A stretch of 56,325 bases of DNA, the filler included, from Sphacelaria rigidula (Eukaryota), in assembly GCA_964200075.2 (NCBI GenBank). It is 6 parts of 6 records of this genome, joined end to end, with 100 filler letters (N's around TTAATTAATTAA, not from the genome) between each part and the next. Parts side by side here need not be neighbours in the genome. Positions count along the whole stretch, not along the records: positions 18,811 to 28,114 come from CAXNAA020008797.1; positions 28,215 to 37,518 come from CAXNAA020008798.1; 4 more parts are not named here. One strand, given 5' to 3'. Below, one piece after another: positions 23,154 to 37,106 of this stretch (the first letter of the stretch is position 1; each line of letters begins with the position of its first letter). Made by a program: the position numbers and the translations under genes. The notes beneath the pieces are model-generated. The model was not told the DNA's origin. It saw only the letters and a program-made list of their open reading frames with translations, and ran no database searches.

Positions 23154-24560
23154 GCCGGCCTATCCGGTGGCTCAGTCGATAACCTCGATTTTTTCTGACG
23201 GTTGGGTCATGGGTTCGAATCTCGGAGCGATCTGGGATTTTTTCTCACACAATTCCCAACAGTGGAAAGCGACTACGTCGTGGGTACACAAAACTCGACT
23301 TAGCCCTTTCGGGACCGGGCCTCCAGAACGATCAATGACGCTGGTTAGGAATGACGTGTCTGGCGTCTGCACGAAACGGTAGCGTGTTGCTGAAAATCCG
23401 CGTATGTAACCGAAGGGTTATGAGGAAGACCGAAAGTTTTATCCAATCTATTTTCAGGTGCAGGGTGCGCATTAGGTAATGTACATCTGATGTAGCAAGC
23501 CGTATGGGTCGCGGTGGAGAGCTTCCAACAGGATGCGGCGATCGGTGGACCGCGCGCCACTTGTGGCTTCGGATGATATTATTGTTCCCATCACCTTGTC
23601 ACACAGCCCTTTGTGGTCGGGGTGGGCCGCGATTTCCCTCTTTGTTCCATGCGGCAAATTCTCTTCGAAGGGTGTCAGCGTTGGGGCGCCCATACATACA
23701 ATATAGTACAGTACAGTGCAGTCCGCCTCTCCGACTGCAGCAGCTGCCGCTGCCGCTGCATACTCCCTTGCACGTTCTGGGTAATTCTCAGTTACTGAGT
23801 TCAACGGCCCATATACCGCTTCTTCATCCCCGTCCTCTACATACATGTTGACTGCACACTGCAAGTCACCGGCAGAGGGATCAGCAAAATTCATGACGGT
23901 AGCTCCTTTTGTCTTTCCACGGCCCACCTGGGTTTAATGCCTCGTGAAAATGACCACCACATTGTAGCATGTACACTCCTTCCCGTTTTTTTGCGCTCCA
24001 CCCTGTCTTAGTATAATTACTATGTTTCAGTATAGAATTGCGACTGCAAAAACTCCCCGGAAAATCTCGGGAACGCTGTACTAAGTGCAAGTAATACCAT
24101 AAATCCAAGCTTCGATCACCCGGGGTTTGGAAACCTGGGAAGGCTTATCTGGGCCGGGGATAGGGTCCCCACACGATCTTTGCAGTGGCATCGCACTCGC
24201 CAACAATTCCAGCGCTGGTCGTTCGGGTCTGGTCGATAAATTTCGCCTCGCCGTGATTGGGCAGGTCGCTCGAAGACTTATTTTTTATTATTCCACTAAC
24301 ACGGGGTCAATCCTGTGATAGTGGGGGGTCGGTACCAAAAGGGTTAACGGTCGACAAGGAAAAGGGGTCGCTGAACCCCTCTCGCGATAAAAAAATAAAT
24401 CAAGCACCGCAGAAGGAAGGTGGAGAACAAAAATAAATAAAAAATACAAAAGATCCTGTGTAGGCCTTTCTCCTGCGTGACCCCGGCTGGTGCGCCCACA
24501 TATACCGAAAGGTGTAAACCGACATCCAGAATAAATGGGGTGACAACGCACAGAACACAG
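23154..24560 (+). mobile_element. tRNA-derived SINE split by a piggyBac-like insertion
   Basis: Head at 23154-23299 (TGGCTCAGTCG box A, GGTTCGAATC box B) and tail at 24348-24560 rejoin into the uninterrupted copy at 27390-27702 (-). Confidence 0.8.
23304..24343 (+). mobile_element. Complete non-autonomous piggyBac-like element (1040 bp)
   Basis: TTAG|CCCTTTCGGGACCGG ... TCGGTACCAAAAGGG|TTAA: CCC/GGG termini, short TIR and a TTAA-type target with one mismatch. No transposase recognised. Confidence 0.8.
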
Positions 24561-25837
24561 TAGAGCAAGCCATTCCGAGGTGATGTTATCTGCTTGCCAG
24601 TGTTCTTCACGCGAAAGACGCTGTCGTAGGATCTGAAGAGGCGCACTTTGGAGCTAGGACTTTTTCATTCCCGCAAGAAGTGGTCCAAGCGCCGCAAAAG
24701 CCCCGTGCGTATTGAAATATATCACACCGACAATGGTATAAACTTCACGCAGTACATTTTTGCCTATTGCAACTCTTGACAACAGTATGTTGTCCAGGAG
24801 GTGATTTATATCGAGACAAGAGCGTACCACAACCTGAGTTCTGTTTGTCGTTCTATTGGCCGGACGACATATTTATGTACACATTTTTTTTTCTTTGTTG
24901 CTTTGCTTCCTTCTCATTCCAGTTTCGTCTGTTTTCCTCCTCCTCTTTTTTGTGTTCTGTTTTCTTGTTCTCCCTTTTTTTCAAGACTTCCCTTCCGGCA
25001 AATATGTTCGTTTGTCCATATCGCTCTTAGACATAGATATACCTCTAATATTAATTGTGGCGGGATCGTAATTCGTCGATTAATTATTTGAGGGGCGTCG
25101 ATCAATCAATTTATCAGGGGCTGTCTTCTAATAAGAAAAAAAGGCTAGCAAGAACACGTTAAATTATACCTATTCATTGCACTACAGCCGAAAAACTGTG
25201 TTTCATGGTTAACAACACCCTCCTGATAAACAGGGTATTTGCTCGTATCGCCCGAACACAACAACTAACACTGACTTGGGCACTGTTTTTCGAGGATGAC
25301 CTATTTGTTGTACCAAAATCTGCCGACGCTGGCAATTTCGGGTTCTATCGAAGAGTAGTACGCGAGGAAAACCCTAAAACACCCCTGAATCGCTAGACCG
25401 CCCACTACTGTAGTTCTCAATCGGTCTTGAAATGAAGAAGCGTCCGTCTGCCTGTATCCGAACGTCTGCCTCAGTCTAACTGATGGTTCTGTGGGGGAAA
25501 ACAAAGCGACCAACTTTGACGTATAATACTGTTGCTCGGCCAATCTCGCACCAACGTCACTTGAAGATGTAGCCCCATATGGCCGTGGACTATAGCTGTT
25601 TCAGGAGGTGCCAAGCATTTAGCGTGAGAGTAGATGGCGAGGACATGTCCTGAAACCTTGAGCACACGTTTCAAGCGGCTGCTCATTACAATCATTGGGC
25701 AAAACATGAACTTTTTCTTATTGGCACGTGTTTTGTTTGCGCCGCATTTTTTTAGCTGAAAAAGCCAAGAGTTTCATTTTGTTGGCCCTCCGGTCGCGAG
25801 CGAAGAATGATGTAAAAAATTATATGAAGCGATATAG

Positions 25838-26749
<912 letters not shown>

Positions 26750-27389
26750 TAGAAAAGAGGCGCTTTCTTTAGATAGGTTGGGGAGTAGGGGGTGCCTTTT
26801 TTTACAAGCTTCAATGCAGCAAATAATCTACGAATTGCATGCGAGAACTCAACGCTACTCGCGGAAGCCATCCGTGCTGCTGTGACTCTGTGTCGACCCA
26901 TTCCCCCTCCCCGCTCGAGCGTGGTTCTGGATCATGACCCTATTTGGTTCATTTCACTATTCTCGTGTCCACCTACATCTTCCTCGACTTTTATACTGTA
27001 GTGGAAGCGTGTGTGGTCACGTGGGCGGTTCATCAGTGGTACTCACTGTAGATTTGGATGCGAGTGTGAATATGAATATTGTTGTTTGTAGTGGAGGTGG
27101 TGGTATAATAGTTCACGGTTCGGACGAATCATCGCCGGTTCGAATCACCAAATCCACGATTTCTTAGGCCTGATTGCTCAAGGGTGAGAAAAAAGTCGAC
27201 CGTTGATCACACAAATTTTGCGCCATTTCACGTGCCTGGGCTGCGCGTACCTGAGTTGCAACGCTGAAAACGAAGCCCAAAGATTGATTCGTACGGTACG
27301 AATCAAGTACACTAGAGTCAAGTAATTTCCAGACGAATCAATAATTCGTCCGACCTTTGCAATACCGGTGGTGGTAGTGGCGATCAGAT

Positions 27390-27702
27390 AATGTGTGTGT
27401 TGTGCATGTGTAACCATGAGGCGGTCTACACCTTTCGGCATATGTGGGCGCATCAGTCGGGGTCATACAGGAGGAAGGTCAGCACAGAAGTTTATCTTAT
27501 GTGGCTTTAGCACTCCACCTTCCTTCTGCGGTGCTTGCCTTTATTTTTACATCGCGAGAGAGGTTCGTCGGTCCCTTTTCCTCGTCGACAGTAACGTCGA
27601 ATTTGGTGTGCCCCCGACGTGAACGCTCTCTACTGTTGGGCACGATGTGGGATAAATCCCAGATCGTGTGACTACACCGAGATTCGAACCCTCCTCCCAA
27701 CC
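27390..27702 (-). mobile_element. tRNA-derived SINE, 5'-truncated, uninterrupted
   Basis: Box B GGTTCGAATCTCGG, body GATCTGGGATTT...CCCAACAGT and tail GCACCGCAGAAGGAAGGTGGAG...CCGAAAGGTGTAGACCG...ACAACACACAC. Confidence 0.8.
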
Positions 27703-28018
27703 ATGTACCTTAGGAATGTCAAAATGGAGAGGTACATGCATGAGGTTCTTGTGCAGAGGCAACTTTAGACCAAATGTTGACGATAGTGTCAAGCATGCTT
27801 TGCGAGCTACCAAAATCAACTCGTGCACGGTAGGCTGCTCAAGAAATCGAACGGGATGCTGGATTTGAATTCTAGGTGACTGGCACCATGCCATAGTAGC
27901 AGCAGAATATTCTCGCAGGGAAGCGGTTCTGCAGTAGAGGGGCACATTTTTTTTTTCTCAAGTCCTGCACTTCAGGAGCTTCTCGGTGACAAACATCTGG
28001 GCCTTAGTTTGCACCCTG

Positions 28019-28105
28019 TGACGGTTTACGAGACAACCAACTAGACTACTGACAAGTCAGCGCTGACTGATCAGTAGTGTAGTTGGTTGTCTCTATAAAG
28101 CGTCA
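28019..28105. repeat. Near-perfect ~87-bp palindrome
   Basis: TGACGGTTTACGAGACAACCAACTAGACTACTGACAAGTCAGC followed directly by its near reverse complement. Confidence 0.9.
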
Positions 28106-28214
28106 AAAAAGTGANNNNNNNNNNNNNNNNNNNNNNNNNNNNNNNNNNNNNNNNNNNNTTAATTAATTAANNNNNNNNNNNNNNNNNNNNNNNNNNNNNN
28201 NNNNNNNNNNNNNN

Positions 28215-28700
28215 CGTTCACGCTACGTTTTGGCCGAAACGTAACGTGAACGTTAATTTTTTTCACGTGATGAACGTAACGTGAACGTAACGTTAAGTTC
28301 TCAAACGTAACGTTAACGTAACATTTTTTTTTGACGTGATGAACGTAACGTTAACGTAACGTGAATTTTTCAAATGTAATGTTAACGTAACGTTATATTT
28401 CTTTCACGTGACACAATTCACGTAACGTGAACGTTATTTTTTTTTTACGTGATGAACGTAACCTGAACGTGAACGTGTACATGTATAGCCAGGCCTATAC
28501 ATGTTACACGTGCCATAGCGTTACACGTTACGTTCACGTGACGTTTTGGCCGAAACGTAACGTGAACGTTAAATTTTTCAAATGTAACGTTAACGTTACG
28601 TTATTTTTTTTCACGTGACACACGTCACGTAACGTGAGCGTTAATTTTTTTTACGCGATGAACGTAACGTGAACGTGAACGTGTAACGTGTATAGCCCTG
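28215..28700. mobile_element. Two tandem AACGT-rich MITEs with hAT-like termini
   Basis: Copy 28490-28700 has CAGGCCTATACATGTTACACGT ... ACGTGTAACGTGTATAGCCCTG TIRs. The preceding copy ends in ATGTATAGC. Bodies are AACGT(A/G/T) arrays. Confidence 0.7.
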
Positions 28701-29236
28701 ATGTTTTCGATAGTGTGTAGACAGCACTACGTGCCGGCTACAATTTCGAACAGAGCGGAATACAACAACGATAGAGTAGCTGAGGTGAACTCCGGCGCAG
28801 ATTAAACCGTGTTCGCAGGGTTCGAACGCAGCATATTGCAGTGTCGGCTACAGCAGAGGAGTGGCGGATGAGCAAAAAGCGCCTTGTTTGTTACGGAAGA
28901 CACGGCATCCAACAAACACATGATGGCATTGTTGACTTTGACAAGACAGCACAGCGGTCCGACTCTAAATATTTTATTATTGTAGAGAGTGAAACACAAC
29001 AACAGTGTACCGCTCGTCCTGGATACAGCTCACCGTAGGTGTGATGCATTGGTGCGGGTTGTCAGTGGTGTGGGTGGGGTGGCCAGATGGGTTTAGCGCC
29101 CAAGACTTGAAAAAAAAAAAACATGAGCTAAAAATGACAGCACCTGTCTGAACTGAACCCAGTTGTGACAGGTTTCTGTAAATTATGTCTCGTGTTGTTT
29201 TCGAGATAAAGCATATCGATGATTTCCTGTCCCATA

Positions 29237-30229
29237 CAGGCTGGCTCACGCGCATGTGCCAAAATTCATTCATTCGCAAATACTCACGTCGATTGTTGGA
29301 GTGAGACTCCGAAATTTTGCGCTCATATACTGCGAAACATCACAGCACGTTCGAAGACCGGTGTTTTCGTCCTGTATCTGTCGCCAGGTATCGGGATTCC
29401 CAGGATTTCGGGGGTTTGGGGGGGCTCACATGCCCATCTGTGACCCCGGATAGATAGCGATGAAAAGTGATAAAAACACCGAACTTCGAAAGTTTCAGTA
29501 TACGATCGACAATTCGGTTACGTTTAGCGGTAAAGCGATTCCATGACATCATATTTTCAGTTCCGATACAAAGCTTTTTACAGGTGTTCCCTGGATTACC
29601 CCAAGACGCATAACTTTTTCGTCCTATGGTACTTTTTACCGGCCTCTGAGGGTCTTCCCGAGGGACTCCTGGAAGCCGGCAAAAAGCGGAAAACCTATGG
29701 AATACACTACTAAATACATCTTCCATTTGAAGCACCAATACCTACTGAATTAACAAGTTTGAGGGCCATCGGAACCTTTTCACGACGGATATAGGCGAAA
29801 CCCTTGTGAGACTTTCTGGGTCTTTGTGGCGTATCACCAGAAGGAATCCGACAACGTCAAACTCCACATCACCGAAATGTCACGGTTTGGGGTATGATTC
29901 GACCCCATAGGAAGTGATTCGATTATTTTCGTGATATTCCCGAGCTGATCGTTACTACTATTTGAAGGATGTGGAGATTTGGTAGAAATTAGGTCGGGAA
30001 TTCGTGCTTTGATTCCAGACTCATTCAAAGGGGGCGCAGGTTGGTCGAGACACATTTTCGCCCGCAGCGCCACTGCTATGGCCTTGAACAAAAATCTGGC
30101 CATGTCTCACACTCTCCTGTTAGTTGTCCATAGCGATCAGTATGATACCGTGTATGCGGCTGTTGAGTAGGTATTTCGAAAGGTATTCGCTGATTAGTGA
30201 ACGTCGGGCCAAACCCGTGAACCAGCGCG
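29237..30229. mobile_element. Diverged non-autonomous member of the TA-flanked TIR family
   Basis: TA|CAGGCTGGCTCACG ... CGTGAACCAGCGCG|TA; 29700-30180 is collinear with 17890-18360. Confidence 0.8.
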
Positions 30230-30425
30230 TAATCGACGTGATCATTTCGAGGCGTCAGAGACCCCTGAATAACCCAGGAATTTGGTCCACAACTTCCCAC
30301 AATAGTTCAACAGTTGGACTAACAAAAAAAGTACATGATTTTGGAGAGAGCTACCCTGGTGTAGTCCTCCTCTCGTTCACCCCCAGCACACCTGCCTCCA
30401 CCGGCCCCATCAACGCCAAACTCAC

Positions 30426-31469
30426 CTTCATAGCATCGAACACCTCGTGCCTCTCGCTATCTAGTAGCGCTCGAATCTCCCTGCGGACATACTTGCAGAC
30501 GACGTCAACCGTAACCGTTCTCCGCACAATCTCATCACGCTCCTCGGTGGCGGTCGCACTCGCCGTACAAGCCGCCGTCGTGCACCTGCTCTCCTTCTCG
30601 ACAAGTGTCACACGGTACTCGGGCGCGATCTCAAAAACCACCTCCACCGCACGGCCAGTAAAATCGCCCAAACGATCTTCTGGGTCTAGTGTTGCAACAA
30701 TGCTCCACTCGTACTCCATACCCTCGACAGGATCCACCACAACGAGCGTTGTAACTCTGAAGGGTTCCACGAGCACTCTCCCCTCCAACCAGGGATATCC
30801 GTGCCCCACGACATCCCCTCGCCGTGCGTAGTCGTTCAAAGCAACAAAGATCAGCACTCCCTCACCCCCTCCTTCCACTTCTGTAGGTTGCTTTTGTTGC
30901 GGATGCTCCTGTTGCTTATTGACGGCGCTGCTTCCCGAATGATGAGGCGCGGTCGCGGCAGAAGGCGAGGATGGCATAAGGTGATTACGATGCTCCTTGC
31001 CATCCCAAGTGAAAATGTCGATCTTGTGACGATCCTCTGTTGTCGTAATCTTGCCGCTGCTTTCGTCGCTACCAAGCGTGTCGCTATCCGTCCCCACCCC
31101 CGCAAACAGTCCATTCGGACTAGTAATGATGGCGCTATCCTCAACCTCGTTCGACCGGAGAGAGTGATGTTGGTTCTGCCGCAGCGAAAATGCCACAAGG
31201 TGCATCACCGCAAACATCGCCGTCAAACATGTGGCCGCCGCCGTCAAGCCGATACCCCAGGTCACCCAGCCGGCATGTCGCCGACCACGGTAGCCGCCGC
31301 CACCACCACTGCTGCTGCTTGTAACATGTCCTGAGTCAAGATCTTGATCCCCCTGTCCGCTACCCTCTATCTGAAACGTGTTGCTGTGCGGTGTACCCGG
31401 GGAGTGGGTATCTACGTTGTCATCGCAACCGATGGAACCATACTCGTAGTAGAATCCTCTTCGCGGCAT
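30426..31469 (-). CDS. First coding exon of a membrane-anchored tyrosinase-like (di-copper) protein
   Basis: 348-codon open exon from ATG 31469 to AAG|GTGAGT. It has one hydrophobic segment (WGIGLTAAATCLTAMFAVMHLVAFSL) and ends CKYVRREIRALLDSERHEVFDAMK, typical of the start of tyrosinase domains. No copper-binding exons were found. Confidence 0.7.
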
Positions 31470-32799
31470 CTTTCTGGTGTCGTCACGCTCCAACTACTAC
31501 TGTAATACTGCAAGTCAGCTTTACCCTCCGCGGGAGCGCGAGCCCGTCGCTGCTTAAATCTTTTTACCCCCAGGGCCGGTGTGCGCGCTGAAATCGCAGA
31601 ATCGTAGGTGGTGTTGCTCTGCCCAGTTGTGTCGACCAGCGACGTGTGAAGAGGATGCCCGATGTGGAGGAAGACCACTGTCAATATTAAGTGGCACTCA
31701 ACTGAATATCCACCGCCTTGCTGTCCCGAAAAGCCGTCGAGATTGCGATACAGCAGCAATGATACAGTACAGAATATTCAGCCAATGGATGTGAGTCAAG
31801 CACACCTTGTTGTAGTAATACGAACGAGCTAGGTGAAGCTATTCCTCCCTGGGATGTGATGGCATGGTCTTACTAGTGACACTGTGAGATGTGCTGGACT
31901 GTCTGTGGCAAGTATTTGGGCAGGACATCATTGGGCAGAGTCATACCAACGACATGAAGGTCGTGTGGGGAATAAAAAAAGGATCTTCTCCGGAACGAAG
32001 CCATGAACTTTGACACTAACCCCCAACCCAAGGAATGCGTGAGCCCTCAGGCAAAGGAGTTGGAAAGGGTCCTCGAGGCAAGGTATGCGCTCGTGGAACT
32101 CAAATCAGCGGGTGCCGATTTGGACAGCAACATGTTCTCTGCAAAATTTGGGGGCACTCGCGGGACTGTCAACCCCTTCAAAGATATCAATCTTGGTATA
32201 AACACTACGATCATCAACTATTTTAGAGACAAATGCGTTAGCTCCACGTTGGCGTACCTTCAACGGACAGTGGTTTCGAAGAGTGAAGAGTGTAAGTAAT
32301 TGATCAATACAGGGTACTGAAGTTGTTCGATGCATGTATTAACAGCAGTGAATGATGACGAGGCGGGGTGGCGCCTTCCCGTTCGCTTGTTGGGCCAATA
32401 AATTCCTGCTGTATCTTCTATAATTTGCCCACACTCCCGCTCCATTTTATTCCCGGCAGCTCTCCACCTCAGCAGCGATCCTTGGCTGTTCGGCGATGAT
32501 TTGCCGGAAAATCAGCGGTAAGATCGATGCCGCTTGGCATGTGTTGATTGATTGATTGATTGATTGTCGCACTTTAACTGACCCCCCGGGGGTCTAGCCG
32601 TGCTCACATGATAGACGTACTCGTGTACACGGCAATGAGTGAGAGAGGCTGTCCACGACCTAAACCATCACAGGTTCGATCATTCCACGGCAAAAATACG
32701 TCAAGATGTTTGATTATTTTTTCGTGTGCACACAGGTCACAGGTTCGAGTTGGAAGCGATTCCCTTCTTCACAACCTGCTGTGCAAAATCAGTTCAGCC

Positions 32800-33700
32800 T
32801 GAGCCGACCAAGACGCGAATTTGTGATTTGCAGGCTCCGTCTCACCTCAATTTTGCGAGTTATTAGGCCTCGAAATTTGGTGCGGAGGAAGAATAGGGCA
32901 TGCTAAAACGCTGTCGCTCGGGACGAGCAGCTTTTTTTTTCGTGAGTTGATGGCAATAATCAGTATCTAGCTACTATGAGGAAATACCGTGAACAAACGA
33001 AGAAAAACTCTCGTCCCAAGCGACAGCGTTTCACGACTAAACATGGACTAATCTTGCTCCGTACCGAATTTCGGAGTCTAAAACAAAATCGCAAAATTGA
33101 GGTGAGACGGGGCGGTTTAGAAACCGGACCGGGTGAAATTCGGAACAACGTTTTCCGCGCCATATACCGGGCCAGGTTTGATAATTGTGTTTTGAATATT
33201 TTTCTTGTTGTGTGGGACCTCGCTAGGCCATTACTAACCAGAAAAGTGGGAATTATTGATGATATAGATTCTATATATATATATATATACACATTCAAGG
33301 CTGTATACATCACTTGCTCAGGACGTTTTGGCATAGTAAAGACTATATTTTCATGAGAAGGCCCGTATCTCTCTGAAAAAAAGTGCTGAAGGGGCCATTT
33401 TTTTTCTTCGGTTTGCCTTTGCAATTCTCCATGATAAGGTGCAAATCTCAATTCTGAAAATTGAGCTGAAAAACTGATAATAGATCCGAGAGCATTGTTC
33501 ATTTCCTCTTAAAACTCTGCTGAAGAAAACAAAAAATGAACAAAAAAAATGAACAAAAAATGAAAGACGATGTTTTTTTCATTAGAGTCTACCCATTGCA
33601 GAGAGCGCTCACTGGTTGAATGGGTAAACTGCTCGCTTCCTGAACAAAAGATTTGAACGGGGGAAAATCGGGGGAGATGCGGGAGTGTCCCAATTTGAGC
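32800..33700. mobile_element. Dispersed repeat with a long internal inverted repeat
   Basis: ~32835-32945 pairs with ~32997-33112. Related pieces lie at ~48140-48290, ~9960-10260 and ~8905-8955. Confidence 0.6.
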
Positions 33701-36700
33701 AGAGAGGTGATGTATCAAAAGTCGAAGTCCGGAAAATCGGAGAATTGATGTGGTTTTCTCTCAGCTAGGGCGGTTTTCAGGCTGGCCCCGTACGTGTGGA
33801 ATTTTATGAGTGCCGCCCTGAGGGATTTCGAGTTGTTCGACGCCTGAGCATACTGAAATAATATTGCTGGTAAACTGTTTATATCATATATGTACTACAT
33901 TCTTCGAAGTATATAGTTGTTCTTCCATCCACTAAGCATCATCAGAGAGATGCACTCCCTGTTCTGTCGTCGAAACTTAGTCCCTCGGTAACATCATGTC
34001 TCCTACCGGCAGAATAGGGAAATCGATGCCTTCCTTGGTCTCGATTGATATCCTAAGTTGCGCTACTTATTAGCATCTCCCCCTCCCCCCCCGGCGATAC
34101 CAGAAAATAAAGCAACTCGTTGCAGGCTGTCATCCAAATGCAAGATAATCAGTAGGCTTCCGGCCGAACAATCTTAATCTTAGCAGGAGGATGCAGCTCA
34201 CCCTTCATGCGACTCGCTCAACGCACCGCTTCGCGCTTGGTGATTGAGTGCGAGCCTGTGCGTGGTCATTGGTCACACGACTAAGGCAAGCAACAAATGA
34301 GTACGCCCCCCCCCCCCCCCCGGCACTGATTTTGCCGGGGAAAGTATGGACTTCTCGCAGTTGTCTGTAGCTCAAGTACGGATTGCCCACAGCAGCTTTC
34401 AGCCCAACACGTTCAAAGAGTCCAGACAGCGCCCAGGCATCATATATATGATATGTACATTTTTCCGGGGAAAATATGGAGTTCGCAGAGAGTTGTTTCC
34501 GACCCAAATACGCATTTCTCCTAGCTGAGGGAGCGTCCGGGCATTTCGGTGGAGAATAACACAGGAGCATGCGTAGCACCCCTCATCCCATCCCCCCGTC
34601 CCCGCTCCTGTTTTTTCCCCAAATGGAAGTATTGGAGACTCGGCTGCTGGAAAATGACGCAATGTTCCCCTTGATATTTTTTTCTCGTACAGTACTATTA
34701 TCGCTTTCGCCTTCCTCAAGAATCACCCCACCCCCAAGCCGTGAATACACGGCCGATGAGATGGCACTAGGAAGTTGATGAACATTGCAGTACTACTTAC
34801 TGACCACACCAGGCGTCAAGTCTATGTTATTTTATTTTGTACAACTGGAATTGCTCCCCAACATGCCCTGGCTTCCCAACGTGGATTGTTTTGGCCCACC
34901 AGTTAGACCGTGGGGAGTGTTCATGATCTTGCATGCCGTAATCGTATCGCCAATGACCTCGCATCGCTACCGAGTCGGGGACAGAGCACGCCAGGTTATC
35001 GCCGAACCAGGCTCGAGGGGGGGGCGTAGGGGGGGGGGGGCACATAAATTTCATTTTTGTCAAATTCCGTGTCATGCCACGGTGGGGGTAGCACGTTTGG
35101 GCTCAGATGATTTTCATTGAGGGGCTCCTAAAGTTAGGCGGTACACGAAATTATGGGTCAGGACATTCCCTTTTTGAAATCCATTCGAGACATCCCTGTG
35201 TTCTTCAGGTGAGATAAAGGACTCCAAACAGTTCAAACCTCGGAAATACTTTGTGCGCGCCTACCGTAGCATGACCCTTTCCTCGAAACACAGCCGCGCT
35301 TGCCAGCACCTACAGAGAGCACCCGAGCGTACGTGATCTAGCATGCAGCTCAAGGCTGACTATCTACTGTGCAAAGCCGGGGCTGTGTACAAGAAACGAA
35401 ATCATCGCGGTGAGAAATGACATACTTTCCGACATTGAAATACTGGAAACAGCTTCAGCCGTTGACACTGAAAGGCTGGCTGCTTATTTACTACACGGGT
35501 ACAGTAAAAACGCTGCATGAGCACATCGCCGTCCCCAAAACGGGGGTACGCCTCGCGTTCTTGTCTCTTGTCGCCAGAGACTTTCCCTTGTTGACCTTGA
35601 AGCGCGCGATGAACACCCAACTTCGGAAACCTCGTCGAGCCCTTGGCGTGTGCGCAACATTGTTTCGCAATCAGAAACCCTGAAATGGTTGATAAATGAA
35701 CTTGACGTCAAATTTGTGAACAGGCATGCAGCTAGACACCGCATGCGTCAAGAATTTTATCCCTCAGCACCAAATTTCGCGTGCCTCTCCGCGAACGTGG
35801 GAAACTTCACCTCCACGACTCACAACCGTCACCTACTTTAACATTTTTTGTCAGGAGTCCACGGTCCTCCATCCAAAGCAAAAGTTCGAATTGATGAACC
35901 CGCGTCGCTTTACCGTAATTTGACATCTACGCGGTGCTTCGACCGCTCAAGCAGGCATAGGAAAAGACAGCGACAAAACGACACGAGTCAACACAACAAA
36001 AACGCCGCGTTATCAACTACTGGTAAATCGACAAACGCCCCCCCCCCCCTCCACCTACCCCGTCCCCCGCCCCTCAAATCTCAACAAATAAAAGCCGAAA
36101 CCAGCATACTAAAACAAAAAATCAACCTCCGACGTTTGTGCCGTCTAAACAACATTATTACACGCCAAATTTCAAGCAGGAAACGATAAACCAATATTAC
36201 TGACCAAGCCGGGGCTCGAGGTGTATCATTCTGGAATCAAAGCCGACAACTTGACCTTGGCCCCATAGAGGGGCCACACACACCGGGGGGCAATAGGGGA
36301 GGAAGGGCGCGCGGGGGGGGGGGGGGGGGTATCTTGATATCGCACACCTTGATAACTAGCGAAATATTAGCCCATACATGAAGGAAACGTTTGACGCGCT
36401 TGGCACGGAGGCGGGTCTCCCCCAGCTCATCTCCTCAGATCTATAGTGTGTCAAGCATTACTTGTCGTTGAACCGTACAAGTCACCGCAACAGCTAGCCA
36501 AAATCCAACCAAGAGCAGCTCGAGAACCCGAGCATTCACAGCGCTTATTACAGCAGTGAGCTCAATGTGCATTACGGTAAATCGCGGCACTCGGCTCCAA
36601 GCCGTTGAGCGAAACTGCCTGCTGCACACGCGAGGGAATGCCTGGGAAATATAGCCCCCCCCCTAGGATTCAAGTATCGTTGTCTGCAATGCAACCATGT

Positions 36701-37106
36701 GTGAAATCATGGTTTTGGGGGTAAGGCACATCGGCCGCGGTACGATGGCACCATGTGACCCGCGAGACCGGTGAAAAAAAACAGGGGCACGAACGCTCTC
36801 AGCCCTCTTCGCCGGCGACGTTTAGTACCCGCAACTAATTTGAGTCTTTCATTTATTTTTGCCGGCCCGTTTTGATATGCGACTTAACGTGGCAATCTAA
36901 ACAACTGCTCCTGTGCTCCTTGTTGAAGCACCCCAAGAAAACACTTCTCGCCGTCAGAGGTGTTTCTCAGCCCTCAGACAACGAGAGCAGGTTATCTGCT
37001 GAATCGGCATCCATTTCACTTCATAAAAGTATTCGCGATCCAGGTGGACTACCCTCGCGGTCTAAGGGTGAACAAAACACAAGACCTCGTGTTTGTCTTG
37101 CTTCTC

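Noticed and set aside
23154-23230. Functional tRNA gene
   Set aside because: Acceptor and anticodon stems pair poorly and the sequence continues into a repeated SINE body.
30124-30831. 235-aa Ser/Thr-rich plus-strand ORF
   Set aside because: Antisense shadow of the tyrosinase-like exon, running into a MITE.
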